A stretch of 63,208 nucleotides of DNA, filler included, from Chiloscyllium plagiosum (GCF_004010195.1; 5 parts of one record of this genome joined end to end with filler, not necessarily neighbours in it); one strand, 5' to 3'; positions 49,881-61,819 are shown, counted from the first letter of the whole stretch. The notes: generated by a model not told the origin, from the sequence alone. Program-made: numbers and translations.

Positions 49881-50010
49881 AGGTGAAAGTGAGGTCTGCA
49901 GATGCTGGAGATCAGAGCTGGAAATGTGTTGCTGGAAAAGCGCAGCAGGTCAGGCAGCATCCAGGGAACAGGAGAATCGACGTTTCGCGCATAAGCCCTT
50001 CTTCAGGAAT
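49881..50010 (-). mobile_element. Short Penelope-derived insertion with hammerhead motif
   Basis: Near-identical to 1736-1864; minus strand ATTC-CTGAAGA-A-GGGCTTATGCGC-GAAACGTC-GATT. Confidence 0.8.
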
Positions 50011-50983
50011 GATTCCTTCCCTCACTTAGCTGGCTCAGTTTTGTGTGAAATAGGAAACTATTAATTTAGGATGCACTGTCACTGATTAAAAATTTAAAAC
50101 ATCCTTACATCTGGAGGTCAGCATCAATAAAGCCAGCACAGGAAGTGCCTACCGAGATGGACGTCACTCTCAGCGAGAGACTCAATCACAATGAATCCAC
50201 CTAAAACAGTGAATGGCCACCTACCTGAATGGAAATCAGCTGCAGGAATTTAGGAGAGTGGCAGACGAAGGGAAGTATCTTTCCTTTTGATCTGCCGTCA
50301 CGGGATGTGTGCAGACCTGATCAGGCCAGCATCTTCTGCCTTACTTGAACTGAGTGTTCAGTTACTCCACATGACAGTAAATAGTTAAACGCAGTGCTGT
50401 GGGTTTGCAGTTACACAGAGACTTGACTAGGGAAGGATGACCCACTGCTTTCTCTAATGGACATGAGGCAAGCCGATATCAACAGATTATTATTCTGTGC
50501 CTCTAGCTTATAAGCCAATGGTGTGACCACCATATACTGTCTTCCCATCTTTCAGATTTTGTGCAGAGAACAAGTTAAACATTTCATGTGCAATTACTTT
50601 ACAATGGACTCGTGGTAAGAAGGGCCTTGAAACAGCTGTATCCGGAATTAGCAAATGCACAAAGTATGGTTTATTTAGGAGTTGCACTGAGGCTGAGGAG
50701 GAGCCTGGACGTCATAATGGTGGTACTCGAAAGGATTGGTGAGTGCGGAGGGTATGGAGATGTAAACTGTGCAGGAGAAAATGAATCAAGGAAGTTGAGA
50801 ACAGTCTGTTTCATCCTCACATATCGTTGAGCAATTTGTATTGGGTAATTTGCTAGTTATAATTTCTAAGGATTGGAATCATTGATTGGAAATGAAAACG
50901 TTAATTAGCACCTTTCCAAAATTTACATATCATGAGCATCAATTCAGTTCAGACCGTTTTACTAGACAGCTCGAGTGACTTAC

Positions 50984-51116
50984 CAGAAACACCAACTGTA
51001 GCAAGGATAGGATAATAACCAGCTTGAATAACCATTAGTACATCTTCAATCCGCGATGCTAAAGATATCAAAGGCTGAGAAAGCCAGGAAAGATCAGCAG
51101 ATAAACTTCTGTCCAT
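50984..51116 (-). CDS. First coding exon (copy C) of a GPR139-like GPCR
   Basis: MDRSLSADLSWLSQPLISLASRIEDVLMVIQAGYYPILATVGVS then G|GTAAGT; same 133-nt length as copy A from ATG 6061; 24/44 amino acids identical; too short for the ORF track. Confidence 0.8.
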
Positions 51117-51138
51117 TGTTGCAAGATTTCAGTCTAAT

Positions 51139-52039
51139 TGTTGTGGTTCTGTTCACCGAGCTGGGAATATGTGTTGCAGACGCTTCGTGCTTGGGAGCCT
51201 CCAGTGAAGCGCTTCTGTGATCTTTCCTCCGGCATTTATAATGATTTGTATCTGCCGCTTCCAGTTGTCAGTCCCAGCTGTCCGTTGCAGTGACCGGCAT
51301 ATTGGGTCCAGATCAATGTGCTTATTCATTGAATCTGTGGATGATTGCCATTCCTCTAGGAATTCCCTGGCTGTTCTCTGTTTTGCTTGTCCAATAATAG
51401 TAGTGTCGTCCCAGTCGAACAGTGACAGCCAGACTACTGCGACCACTCGGACTCATAAAATGCACACAAACCAACAGCCACTCTCAGACAATAACTCACC
51501 AGAACGAAGGACCCGATACCCAGCATGAGCAAAACCAATGTAGTGTACAAAATCCCATGCAAGAACTGCACAAAACACTACAAACGACAAACAGGAAGAC
51601 AGCTAACGATCCGCATCCATGAACACCAACTAGCCACGAAACGACACGACCAGCTATCCTTAGTAGCCACACACGCAGATGACAAGCAACATGAATTCGA
51701 CAGGGACAACACTACTATTATAGGACAAGCCAAACAAAGAACAGCCAGGGAATTCCTAGAGGCATGACACTCATCCAAAGATTCAATCAATAAGCACATC
51801 GACCTGGACCCAATACACCGGCCACTGCAACGGACAGCTGGAACTGACAACCGGAAGCCGCAGATTCAAACCATTACAAATGCCGGAGGAAAGATCACAG
51901 AAGCGCTTCACAGGAGGGTCCCAAGCAGTGAGGATGTCACCTAGACAGGGGACAAAATGTCTGTAACACGGATTCCCAGCTCGGCGAACAGAACCACAAC
52001 AACGAGCACCCGGGCTACAAATCTTCTCACAAAATTTGA
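51139..52039 (+). mobile_element. Penelope-like element (GIY-YIG and pLTR) with 5' inversion
   Basis: NVVYKIPCKNCTKHYKRQTGRQLTIRIHEH; 51139-51422 is an inverted copy of the 3' part; TSD ATTTCAGTCTAAT (51126-51138 and 52040-52052). Confidence 0.92.
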
Positions 52040-53028
52040 ATTTCAGTCTAATGTTCACAGATTCTGATCCAGTGTTGGAACATTCCAGTCTAATGTTATC
52101 AGTTTCTGATCTCTCCTCAGCCTCTCTCTGAAGGAGCGGATCCCTGTTACTGGTGTGGGTGATGCTCACGGTCATACGATGGGATAAAACACTGAAAGCA
52201 TTCCTTATTCATAGAAGAGAGACGCATAGGATCCATGGAGACTGACATAATCACAATTGCTGAATAAACAGCTCAGTTAATCCTTTTCAATCCAATACTA
52301 TTTCATTAAAATTCAAAATAACTTTGAACATTAGTGCATTCTGGGTGTGATATGTGAATGTGACTGAAGGAAGGACTGTTGAAGATGGAAAATTGTTTAC
52401 GTGTAATCATTCAGTCTGCCTTGGGTATGGAAATAACGCCTGAGGTTTAACAGAACATAAACATGCTTCTCTGCTCATACATGGAGAAACAAATCCTGTA
52501 ACTACAGATCAGTTATTGCAATATTCAGATTGTTATTCCAGAATCAGAGAGGGCTTATGGGGGTCATGTTGTTGATGTTATCGATGCTAAGAAACTGTGA
52601 CGGTGTATCACTTACTGGACTTCATTTACATTGTGATTATGACATTGGGGAAAGGAGAGAGGGTGGAGAGGATTCGGTGACATGGCTGTTCAGTCTGGGC
52701 TGAGGAACAATGATGTTCCCCAATCACTAGCATTGGAACTTTGCTCTTTATAACTCATACAAAGAACAGATTCAAGGATACATCTACAATGAGGTATTAC
52801 CAGAGACAATATTAATGAAATGCATTTATGCAATACAAAATATAGGGAATAAATTATTTTCTATACAGACCGAAATATGCACACTACAAAGCGATAGCTT
52901 GTAAAAATGCACTCCTGATATCGAGCTATATAAATTAAAATGTGGATTCCAAAACTATGGAAGTGGTGTGAAATATTTATCAATCATTATTTAATCCACA
53001 GCTGAGATCCTGATTTCCCCTCCGTCAG

Positions 53029-53455
53029 TGTAATGGAAAATTAACAAAATTAACATTTTCGGTGAAACCTGAAAGAGAATACTATGCTAAATTTCAAACT
53101 TTTCTGAACTTTGCACATAGTTTGCTGAATTCTGCAGTCGAGGAGACAGCTTGTCTTTACTGAACATTGTAAACATTCTACCCGGCCTGGCGAGCAGTCG
53201 AATTCAGAAGAAAAGAAAAACATAGAGACAGTTATTTCCACGGCAAAGGAATGAGAAAATAAGACCTCGAATGTTACCCAGCCCTTATCCTTGAGCGTGT
53301 GATAAAAATAGTTTGCAGGAATATATGAATTTTGTTCAGGGTCCATACACAAAGCGTTTTTTGCCAAGTGTATTGGTTCCCAGCAGTGGTTAAAAATAAA
53401 GCTTTTTCTTTGCTCTTGATAGCTTCTGAGTTCAGTCAGTTTAATTTCCATGACA
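53029..53455 (+). repeat. 5' LTR of the second ERV
   Basis: TGTAATGGAAA...TTTCCATGACA terminal inverted repeat; AATAAA at 53395-53400; begins where homology to 44220 breaks. Confidence 0.85.
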
Positions 53456-56093
53456 GTAAACGTGGGGTGCTCGTCCAGTATCCCGCGTTTAGGCAAGATT
53501 CTGAAGATTCCTAGGAGGCGCAGGTGGCAGCGCCTTGACGGTCCTTCACATCATCTTGAGCACTGAAGTGTTCCCTTTGCGTGAGAGGACTGGGAATCTG
53601 TGAATTGCGCCAGAGCCGGGGGTTTGAATCGAATAGTGTCGGGGTAAAAGCTGTCGCTTTAATAATCCTATGTAGAGACACATTCTAAGAGAATAAATTA
53701 ATCAGGAAGAGGGTTCAGTAAACTCTCGCACCATATTCGAGCAAAACTCAAGGGAAAGGATTGCCGTCTAGAGAGTGGTTAAGAGACAGCAAGCTAAGGG
53801 TGGTTTTAGACTTGGAGCCAACACAGGTTGAGTTTGACTCGCCAAAGACATACCAGGTACGTGGTTTCTTAGTTTACATATAACAAGGCATTGTGGCGGA
53901 CGCGCCCAATGCGAGAGGAGACCTTCAGAGGTAAAGGCAAGTCAAATGGAAAAGATAAAGGTACTGCGAGAGAGCTGAACACTTTTCCAGTAACGCTGAA
54001 AATGGGCTTCAGCAAGACCAAACAAAAAGAGGGTTAACAGAGGGCTTGGGATGGCCAATCAATAATGCAGTATATGTTAAATAATTACGGCCCAGAGTCT
54101 GTAAAGCAGTTAGAATTGTGGATCAAGGAATGTGATTTTAGTAAAAGGCAATTGGAAATACTGGTTGGAGGAGAGAGAGTAGGAGAAACGGAAGGGGAAA
54201 ATAGAACCTAGCAATTGGAGTGCTTATAATATGTGGAAGGCTGAGGCTGATATCAGCGAAAGGAAATCTCAAGTAAAAAACATATCAAATACACGTACAA
54301 ACATTAGCGCGCATGCAGACGCATGCAGAAAACAACCTAACGAAGCTGAACAGTGCCTTAAGTCTGTTTCACATCCTGACATTGATGGCTACCCTCCGAG
54401 ACCCATAGCCCCCCGACGAGATCTGCCTGGTGAAGATCCCAAGTTAGCGACCGCAGCCTCAGGGTCTGCTGAATCACCAATGGCATGCCAAAGCCCCAAT
54501 CAACTGAAGCAAGAAGCCCAAAAAAAGGATGCCCACTCCACGACAGGAAGACATCCAGAGTCTGTCCGCGGTTACCCCATGACGGATGATGAGTCAGGCG
54601 GTGACAGTATTGGCGTATGATCATCTTTCCAGTTTGTTCTGCAAGCACCAATGGTTGATGTTGCAGGTCCAGAAGGGTGCCCAGTGTTGGTCCACCGACC
54701 ATGGACCATGAAAGATTTCCGAAGTGCCTCTGGGCAGTTGCCTGATCCACGCGAGATTGGAGGTAATAAGTTCACCGAAGAAGTGACAAAGTTCTGTACC
54801 GAATTCCATCCCACATTGCATGCGATGAGACGTCTCTGAGAACGAAAGCTGGGTACTGATATCACCAAAATCAAGTATAACTGGCCAGCTGTAAATGTCC
54901 ATGCCAGATCAACCGACCCGCAAGCGGAAGAAAACAGAGACTTTAATACTTTTGTTGCAGCGCTGGCAACCGCCTGGAGGAAGGCATTCCCAGTGCGAAT
55001 GGACATGACCAAAATTGCAATGTGTAAACAAGGAGAAGGTGAGACAGTGTCCCAGTACCTTACGCGCCTCACTGAAGTCCATAACATCCATAGTTGACTG
55101 AGGCCCCCGAGGGCATAACGGCGGCAGAAATCACACCGTATGAGGCACATCTGAGGAACAGCTTCATCAATAAAATGAATGACGAAATAGTGAAAAAGGT
55201 AAAAGACATACGAGACACAGGAAAGCTGCATTTGATCGAATAACATGTGATACGTGCTGAAACATTGCGTACCCAGGAGAAGGATAGGTGGAAACTAAAG
55301 ATGGACAGCAAGTGCATAAATCTTAGCTTACTACGATGCAAATGGTCACCCAGCCGTTGGAGGGAGGTGCTGCAGGAAAAGAGAGAGGCAGAGGGGGAGG
55401 TTGTAGAGGAGAAAGAGGAAGAGAAAGGGGTCGTGGGAGAGGCGCTGGCAGAGGTAGATCTGGCAGGTGCTTAGTTTGCGAAGAAATGAACCACTGGACG
55501 TGACAGTGCCCGCACAGACAGCCTCAATCGGCCCTGGAGGCGAGGCAGCATGGTGACTGACGGGAAGGCTGAGGAGGAGGTGGGCAGCCCACAAGGTACA
55601 GGTAAGCCACTTTCCTTTATGCTTGGCAACGAAGACTCGCTTATGCTAATCTCTTCTACTAAGCTTATTGGCACTGAGACATGTCCCACCTCGATATGGA
55701 GCAGTGCGATTGTGAAGAGTGGACAATACGTTAATTATAACAATGATGCCTATAAGTCGATGCCGACCTCTATGTTATATGTGGAAGGTACGCCAGTTAC
55801 TTTTTTTGGTAGACATCGGGTCAGCATATTCAATCATTATTTCAAGCCAGTTCAGAGAGTCAACGCCAATAAAGTTGAGTGGATGGTTCCTGAACTCAAT
55901 GGGTGCATCAGGAGTTGTGCTACGAGAGAGATTTACGGCACCGCTGCAGAACAGAATACCCGTTAAAACCTGAGGCTACAGCAGGAATTACTCCAGTCTT
56001 TGAATCCCCCTTTTCAGGCAATAACTCTGCCAATCCGCACGCCTCAAATGTTCCTAACCCCTGTTCTATATTAGAACAAATTCCACCGGACAG
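53029..56093 (+). mobile_element. Class I (epsilon-like) endogenous retrovirus, 5' half: LTR, PBS, gag, protease, start of RT
   Basis: LTR 53029-53455; degenerate tRNA-Pro PBS at 53463-53481; capsid HRPWT and CKQGEGETVSQYLTRL MHR; CLVCEEMNHWT*QC knuckle; protease FLVDIGSAYS; RT YPLKPEATAGI and VPNP; cut off by a gap. Confidence 0.88.
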
Positions 56094-57219
56094 NNNNNNN
56101 NNNNNNNNNNNNNNNNNNNNNNNNNNNNNNNNNNNNNTTAATTAATTAANNNNNNNNNNNNNNNNNNNNNNNNNNNNNNNNNNNNNNNNNNNNCCCAACC
56201 CAATCTAGTCTCACCTGCCAGCACCTGGCAATATCCCTCAATTTAAAATTCTCACACTTGATTTAATTCCTGGCTGTGATAATCCTTAGCTCCCTGCACC
56301 ACACACACTTTGAGACCTTGACAACCCATTTTCTTCGAGACTCCCAACCATTTGTTAACTCAATACTTCACCTGTGTGGCTATTTCGACAGTTGCTGAAG
56401 CTGCATGATCTGAAATTCGCAGCCAAAACCTCACAGGTCTGCTTTCCACCTTTAAGACATCCCTCAAAACCTGCTTTTTGGCAATGCTTTTGGTCACCTG
56501 ATCTAATATCTCCATTGCTGAAAATGTGTTGCTGGAAAAGCGCAGCAGGTCAGGCAGCATCCAGGGAACAGGAGAATCGCGTTTCGGGCATAAGCCCATC
56601 TCTGGCCTTATGTCTAACGTTCTCAATAGTATTATTTTGAAATTATAAGCATGATAATAAAAATACGAACTGTTGTTGATTTTGACATTATTCATTCAGC
56701 AACAGTGATGATTTGAAAATAACCTATAATGCCACTTACCCAATCACACTGTGAGAGCACCTTCACCACACAAACTGCAGCTGTACAAGAAAGTCAAACA
56801 TCACCCTCTCCACAAGCAACAGGGCTTTGGCATTAATCACTGGTATCTGTGGAGGGAGAAACACAGTTGATGTTTCAGGGAGTGCAAAATGCATTACAGG
56901 GAATGAAAATGGTGCAGAATTTGATAATCAGAAATGGAAGGAAAATACAATTGCTTATTGGAAAAAAGAATTCTTGACTGTCAAAAATATTCTAGAAAAT
57001 AATCTGATAACAGAGCAGTACATGGTCAGGCGTTGGGCCGCAGTGAAAAACTAATTTACAAAGGGTCTATAAAAGTAATAATACAGTAGTAAATAGACCA
57101 AAATTACACCCATGGTTCGAGACTGAGGAAGCTAGATAATGACAAAGTGGCCATGAGGGAGCCCAGAGGTGAATCAGAGCAGTATTGGCTGCCATGATCC
57201 CAATGACTCGATACCAGAG

Positions 57220-58120
57220 AAAGGCTGCACATGCGCCTGGCTGCACCTTGCCCCCTACAAAGATGGCGGCTCCGCACGTGTCCCGAATAAAGATGGCGGC
57301 GCTCACTCATTCCTGCAGCCACACTGTGGCCATTCCTCATTTACTGCAAACACAGGACTGGGACGTTCAAATTTGTGTTTTCCGACGTGCACAATTTGTT
57401 TGTAAAACCTCTCCGCTCATAGCAACACAGTTTTTCTCCGGTTTCCCTGTTTATTTCTTTCCTTACCGTATCCTTTCTCTCCATATCCTTTCTCTTCGTG
57501 GGCGGCATGGTGGCACAGTGGTTAGCACTGCTGCCTCACAGCGTCTGAGACCCCGGGTTCAATTCCTGCCTCAGGCGACTGACTGTGTGGAGTTTGCACG
57601 TTCTCCCCGTGTCTGCGTGGGTTTCCTCCCACAGTCCAAAGATGTGCAGGGCCATACTAAATTGCCCGTAGTCTTAGGTAAGGGGTAAATGTAGGGGTAT
57701 GGGTGGGTTTCGCTTCGGCGGGTCGGTGTGGACTTGTTGTGCCCTGTTTCCACACTGTAATCTAATCTAATAACTTCCCCATACTAAATTGCCCGTAGTC
57801 TTAGGTAAGGGGTAAATGTAGGGGTATGGGTGGGTTTCGCTTCGGCGGGTCGGTGTGGACTTGTGCCCTGTTTCCACACTGTAATCTAATCTAATAACTT
57901 CCCGAACATTCATTACGGCGACTCTGCGCCGCGTGCCAGAATGATCACATGGTTTAGTTTAGCTGCGCCCATCATTCACTTTAATTGGTTGGTCAAAACC
58001 GCCTAGCGGGCGGTTGGTCCTCCAGCTCCGCCCACCGTCCTTTCATTGGCCCGGTGCTGACATCAATCACCCGGGGGTTCCTTTGTTGGCTAGAGCATGC
58101 GCAGTGTGTCCTGCTTTATC
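57220..58120 (-). promoter_or_regulatory. CpG-enriched housekeeping-type promoter and putative non-coding first exon
   Basis: Several CCAAT boxes (plus-strand ATTGG near 57985 and 58045), NRF1-like GCATGCGCA near 58095, two YY1 AAGATGGCGGC sites (57260 and 57290), minus-strand donor ACG|GTAAGG at 57467/57466. Confidence 0.55.
57500..57778 (+). mobile_element. tRNA-derived SINE (HE1-like)
   Basis: A box TGGCACAGTGG, B box GGTTCAATTCC, (TAATC)n tail; 3' part duplicated at 57779-57903. Confidence 0.85.
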
Positions 58121-59699
58121 TGATATGTTGGGTAGTGTGATGGGAGAGTTTACTGAGGGTAAGAATTCCCTTTGTATGAGCTCTGCAGTAGATTTCCTTT
58201 ATTCATGGAGGGAATTGCCTTCCTAGTCATGACTGAATAGCTATGATTGATGAATCAATGCTCCCTGAATCAGTACATAAACACCCCATTTTCTCTCCTT
58301 TTCACAACATCTGAGATTTTTAGCACATTGTATTCTTTGGAAACAAAAAAAGCATGAAATGGAGCCTCAAGGAATCGGAGCAGGAGTAGGGCATTCATCA
58401 CCTTCAGCTTGTTCCCCCATTCTATCAGATCATGGCTGGGCCAACCCAGACCTCAACACCTGATTTATGCTTGATCTGCATAGCCCTCAACTGCTCAATA
58501 TTTCAAAAATCTATCTGCCCTCTTTTAAAATAATTTGTGATTGAATCATAGATTCCCTACGGTGTGGAAACAAACAGGCCCTTCAGCCCAACAAGCCAGA
58601 ACAACCCTCCAAAGAGGAACCCAACCATTCCCCTCCCACATTTAACTTTCACAAAAGTTTGGGCGAGAAAATTCTAGCCATTCACTAAGAGAAAAAATTC
58701 TGTACTTTTTCGAAAATGAATGTTCCCTTATGTAATGTCCCCTGGTTTGAGACTTCACTGGTGCTAGAAGATCCAGTCAACATCCACCCTGTCAAACTCN
58801 NNNNNNNNNNNNNNNNNNNNNNNNNNNNNNNNNNNNNNNNNNNNNNNNNNNNNNNNNNNNNNNNNNNNNNNNNNNNNNNNNNNNNNNNNNNNNNNNNNNN
58901 NNNNNNNNNNNNNNNNNNNNNNNNNNNNNNNNNNNNNNNNNNNNNNNNNNNNNNNNNNNNNNNNNNNNNNNNNNNNNNNNNNNNNNNNNNNNNNNNNNNN
59001 NNNNNNNNNNNNNNNNNNNNNNNNNNNNNNNNNNNNNNNNNNNNNNNNNNNNNNNNNNNNNNNNNNNNNNNNNNNNNNNNNNNNNNNNNNNNNNNNNNNN
59101 NNNNNNNNNNNNNNNNNNNNNNNNNNNNNNNNNNNNNNNNNNNNNNNNNNNNNNNNNNNNNNNNNNNNNNNNNNNNNNNNNNNNNNNNNNNNNNNNNNNN
59201 NNNNNNNNNNNNNNNNNNNNNNNNNNNNNNNNNNNNNNNNNNNNNNNNNNNNNNNNNNNNNNNNNNNNNNNNNNNNNNNNNNNNNNNNNNNNNNNNNNNT
59301 GTCAGGCTGTTCCTTGACTAGTCTGTGAGACAGCTCTCCACATTTTGGCACCAAAAACCATATGTTAGTGAGGAGGACGATGGAACGTTGAGAGGGCTGA
59401 TTCTGTGGTTGTAATTTCTGGTGCCTTGTTAGTTGCCAACTGGTCCATCCAGTTTCATTCCTGTGTTGAGACTTTGCAGTGATTAATACAGTGAGTAGCT
59501 GGCTGTGCCGCTGTCAGGTTGGCAGGATTTTTTTCGCCATTGACAATGGTTTCATGGAGATCAGAAGATTCCTAATACATTGTTTTTTTTTTCTTGAATT
59601 CAGATTCCACCATCTGCCAAGATGGGATTCGAACCAGGACTTCATTCGTTTGTTTTAATATTCTGGATAAAATTTAAATACATCAGGTTTGTTCACTCA

Positions 59700-60650
59700 T
59701 TTTAAATATCACTAACCCTGGTTTTGTTTCTTTGTAAAACACTGTCCAACATCCTGACTCCTCCATCCTCCCCTCCAACAACAAGTGAAGAGCACATGGA
59801 GTTTCTCTGTCACTAAGACTGAGGTAATCCGATCTGCTGCTTCCCTCCCTCCCACTAGCCCACTGAGCCAAACTGCCTCACGTGGTGTTCCTGGTTTTTA
59901 TCCTAAACCTACATCTTTCTCCAGTCTCTTGTCAAGCCTTATCAGAGCTCACCTTGACCCTTTACCCTAATCTCAGTAAACTCACTTTCCAACTCTCTTT
60001 CCTCCGCTGCCGCCTCATCACCCCCCTCGACAATTCATAGATATTGTTCCTTGTTCTGTCTGTTGGTCTTTTCTGGTTATGTCCTTCTCTCCCATTCTGT
60101 GAAAAACTAATATTTGACCTCACCGTTGTTGGAAAATCCTGCTCCATCTCCACTCTCCCTTTCCTTTCTGAATTCCTTGCATTTGGTGTCCCTCAACGAT
60201 CTATCCTTGGCCTCTCCTGTATCTCATGTACATAGTGCCAGGAGGTGATATCGTCCAAAAACACTGTGTTAGGTTTGACATGTACACTGACGATGCCCAG
60301 CTCTCCCTCCCCATCATCCCTCTCCATTACTCCACTGTTACTCAGTTACCAAACTGCTTACCACATTCCCAATACTCGATTAGCTGCAGTTTCCTCCAAT
60401 GAAACATTGTCACGGTTAAACCTTACCTTTACCTTTCTGCCGAGCCCCTCCCTCTCACTGGGAACTCTCTGAGGCAGAATGACACTCTTTACAATATTGC
60501 TGTTATATCTGACCCCAAGGTGACCTTCTGATCAGACATCCACACAATCACAACACCAGGAATTCCAATCTCTTAAACATTGCTTTTCTCCACCTCACCC
60601 CAGCTCTATTGCCACTGACACCCCTTACCCGCGTCTGTGTCGCCTTAAAC
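59700..60650 (+). mobile_element. Old L2-clade LINE RT fragment
   Basis: FGVPQRSILG and FDMYTDDAQL remnants. Confidence 0.7.
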
Positions 60651-60699
60651 TTGAATCCAAAACAGAACTCTTGATTCCATGACTCAGAATCTGATTTCA

Positions 60700-61240
60700 G
60701 ACTCCCCTCTCAGTATTTACCCTCAGACACATCCTCTCAGTATTTATCCTGTCAAACCCCTTAAGAATCCCATCTGTCTCAATGAGATCACCTCTCTTTC
60801 TCCAAAATCCGGTGAGTAGAGTCCCAACCTTTCCAGCCTTTATTTAAAAGATAATCCCTCCAAACTAGGGATCATCTAATTGAATCTTCCTTGAAATGCC
60901 TCCAATAAAATGACACATTTCCTTATCTAAAGGGACAAAAACTGCTCTCATTACTGCAGATATGGTGGTGTCACCAGCACTTCCACATGTTACTCTCGGG
61001 TATATACTCCAAACTCTCATACTGAAAACCTTTGAAACAAAACGTTCCATTCCCCTTCCTGATTCCCTGTTGTAACTGTGTGGTAGCTTTCTGTGTTTCC
61101 TGAACAATCACCCCTGGTCCCTTTGTGGTGCAGCTCTCTACAGTTTCTACCATTTAAATAGTACTTTGTTCTTTTATTATCTCCTCCAAAATGAGCAACT
61201 TCCCATTTTCCCAAGTTACACCCCATCTGGCAACTTGTTG
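60700..61240 (-). mobile_element. CR1 3' fragment
   Basis: GKWEVAHFGG..YYLNG and GMERFVSK remnants. Confidence 0.7.
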
Positions 61241-61819
61241 CCCCCTTCTCCTGTGCATCTCTCTTTTCATAATCATCTTAGACCTTTACAGTTATGCCTT
61301 TTCTAGGAGATATTCCCCCCTTCCCATTCGTCCAAACGTTTACTGGGAGCACTGGGCAGTGGGAAGCAGGCAGAGTTGCTATCTTTTTAGGGATACGCTT
61401 TGGAGTGATTAGGAGGATCTTCCTACCCATTGGTCAGGATGGAGACAACTTGCACATCGTTAGGCATTAGCCTTTCACACCCATGTCATATTGATGAGGC
61501 AGAGCGGCAGCACGGAATGAAAGAAAAGAAAGTCATTCTTGTTCCCCATATCTCACTGACGCTTGGGTCATTTTCTTCAATGTGTCAAAGAACTGTTGCG
61601 TTCAGTCACATAAGATCTCAAGTTGGAATCTCCTAGAAACCCACAGATTTCCCCTGAGTTGACTGCTGATGTCCTCAAGGGTCATATGTACAGTAATCCT
61701 GGGCCACGAGGAGGGGATGGTGTGAGTTTCTAACTTGAACTGAGAGTGACAGATTTTGTAAACTTGTTATACAGGATATTATAGGTGGACATTCAGATGG
61801 TAATCACAGTAAATGTTAA

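Noticed and set aside
5929..51116. Immunoglobulin or TCR gene segments with RSS as the explanation for the cassette array
   Set aside because: No Ig-domain frames and no CACAGTG-spacer-ACAAAAACC signals noticed next to the exons; they end in splice donors.
54572..55246. 224-aa minus-strand ORF as a novel protein
   Set aside because: It is antisense to the ERV capsid region and has no recognisable motifs.
57500..57570. tRNA gene
   Set aside because: The A and B boxes belong to a SINE head followed by a SINE body and (TAATC)n tail; I see no complete cloverleaf.
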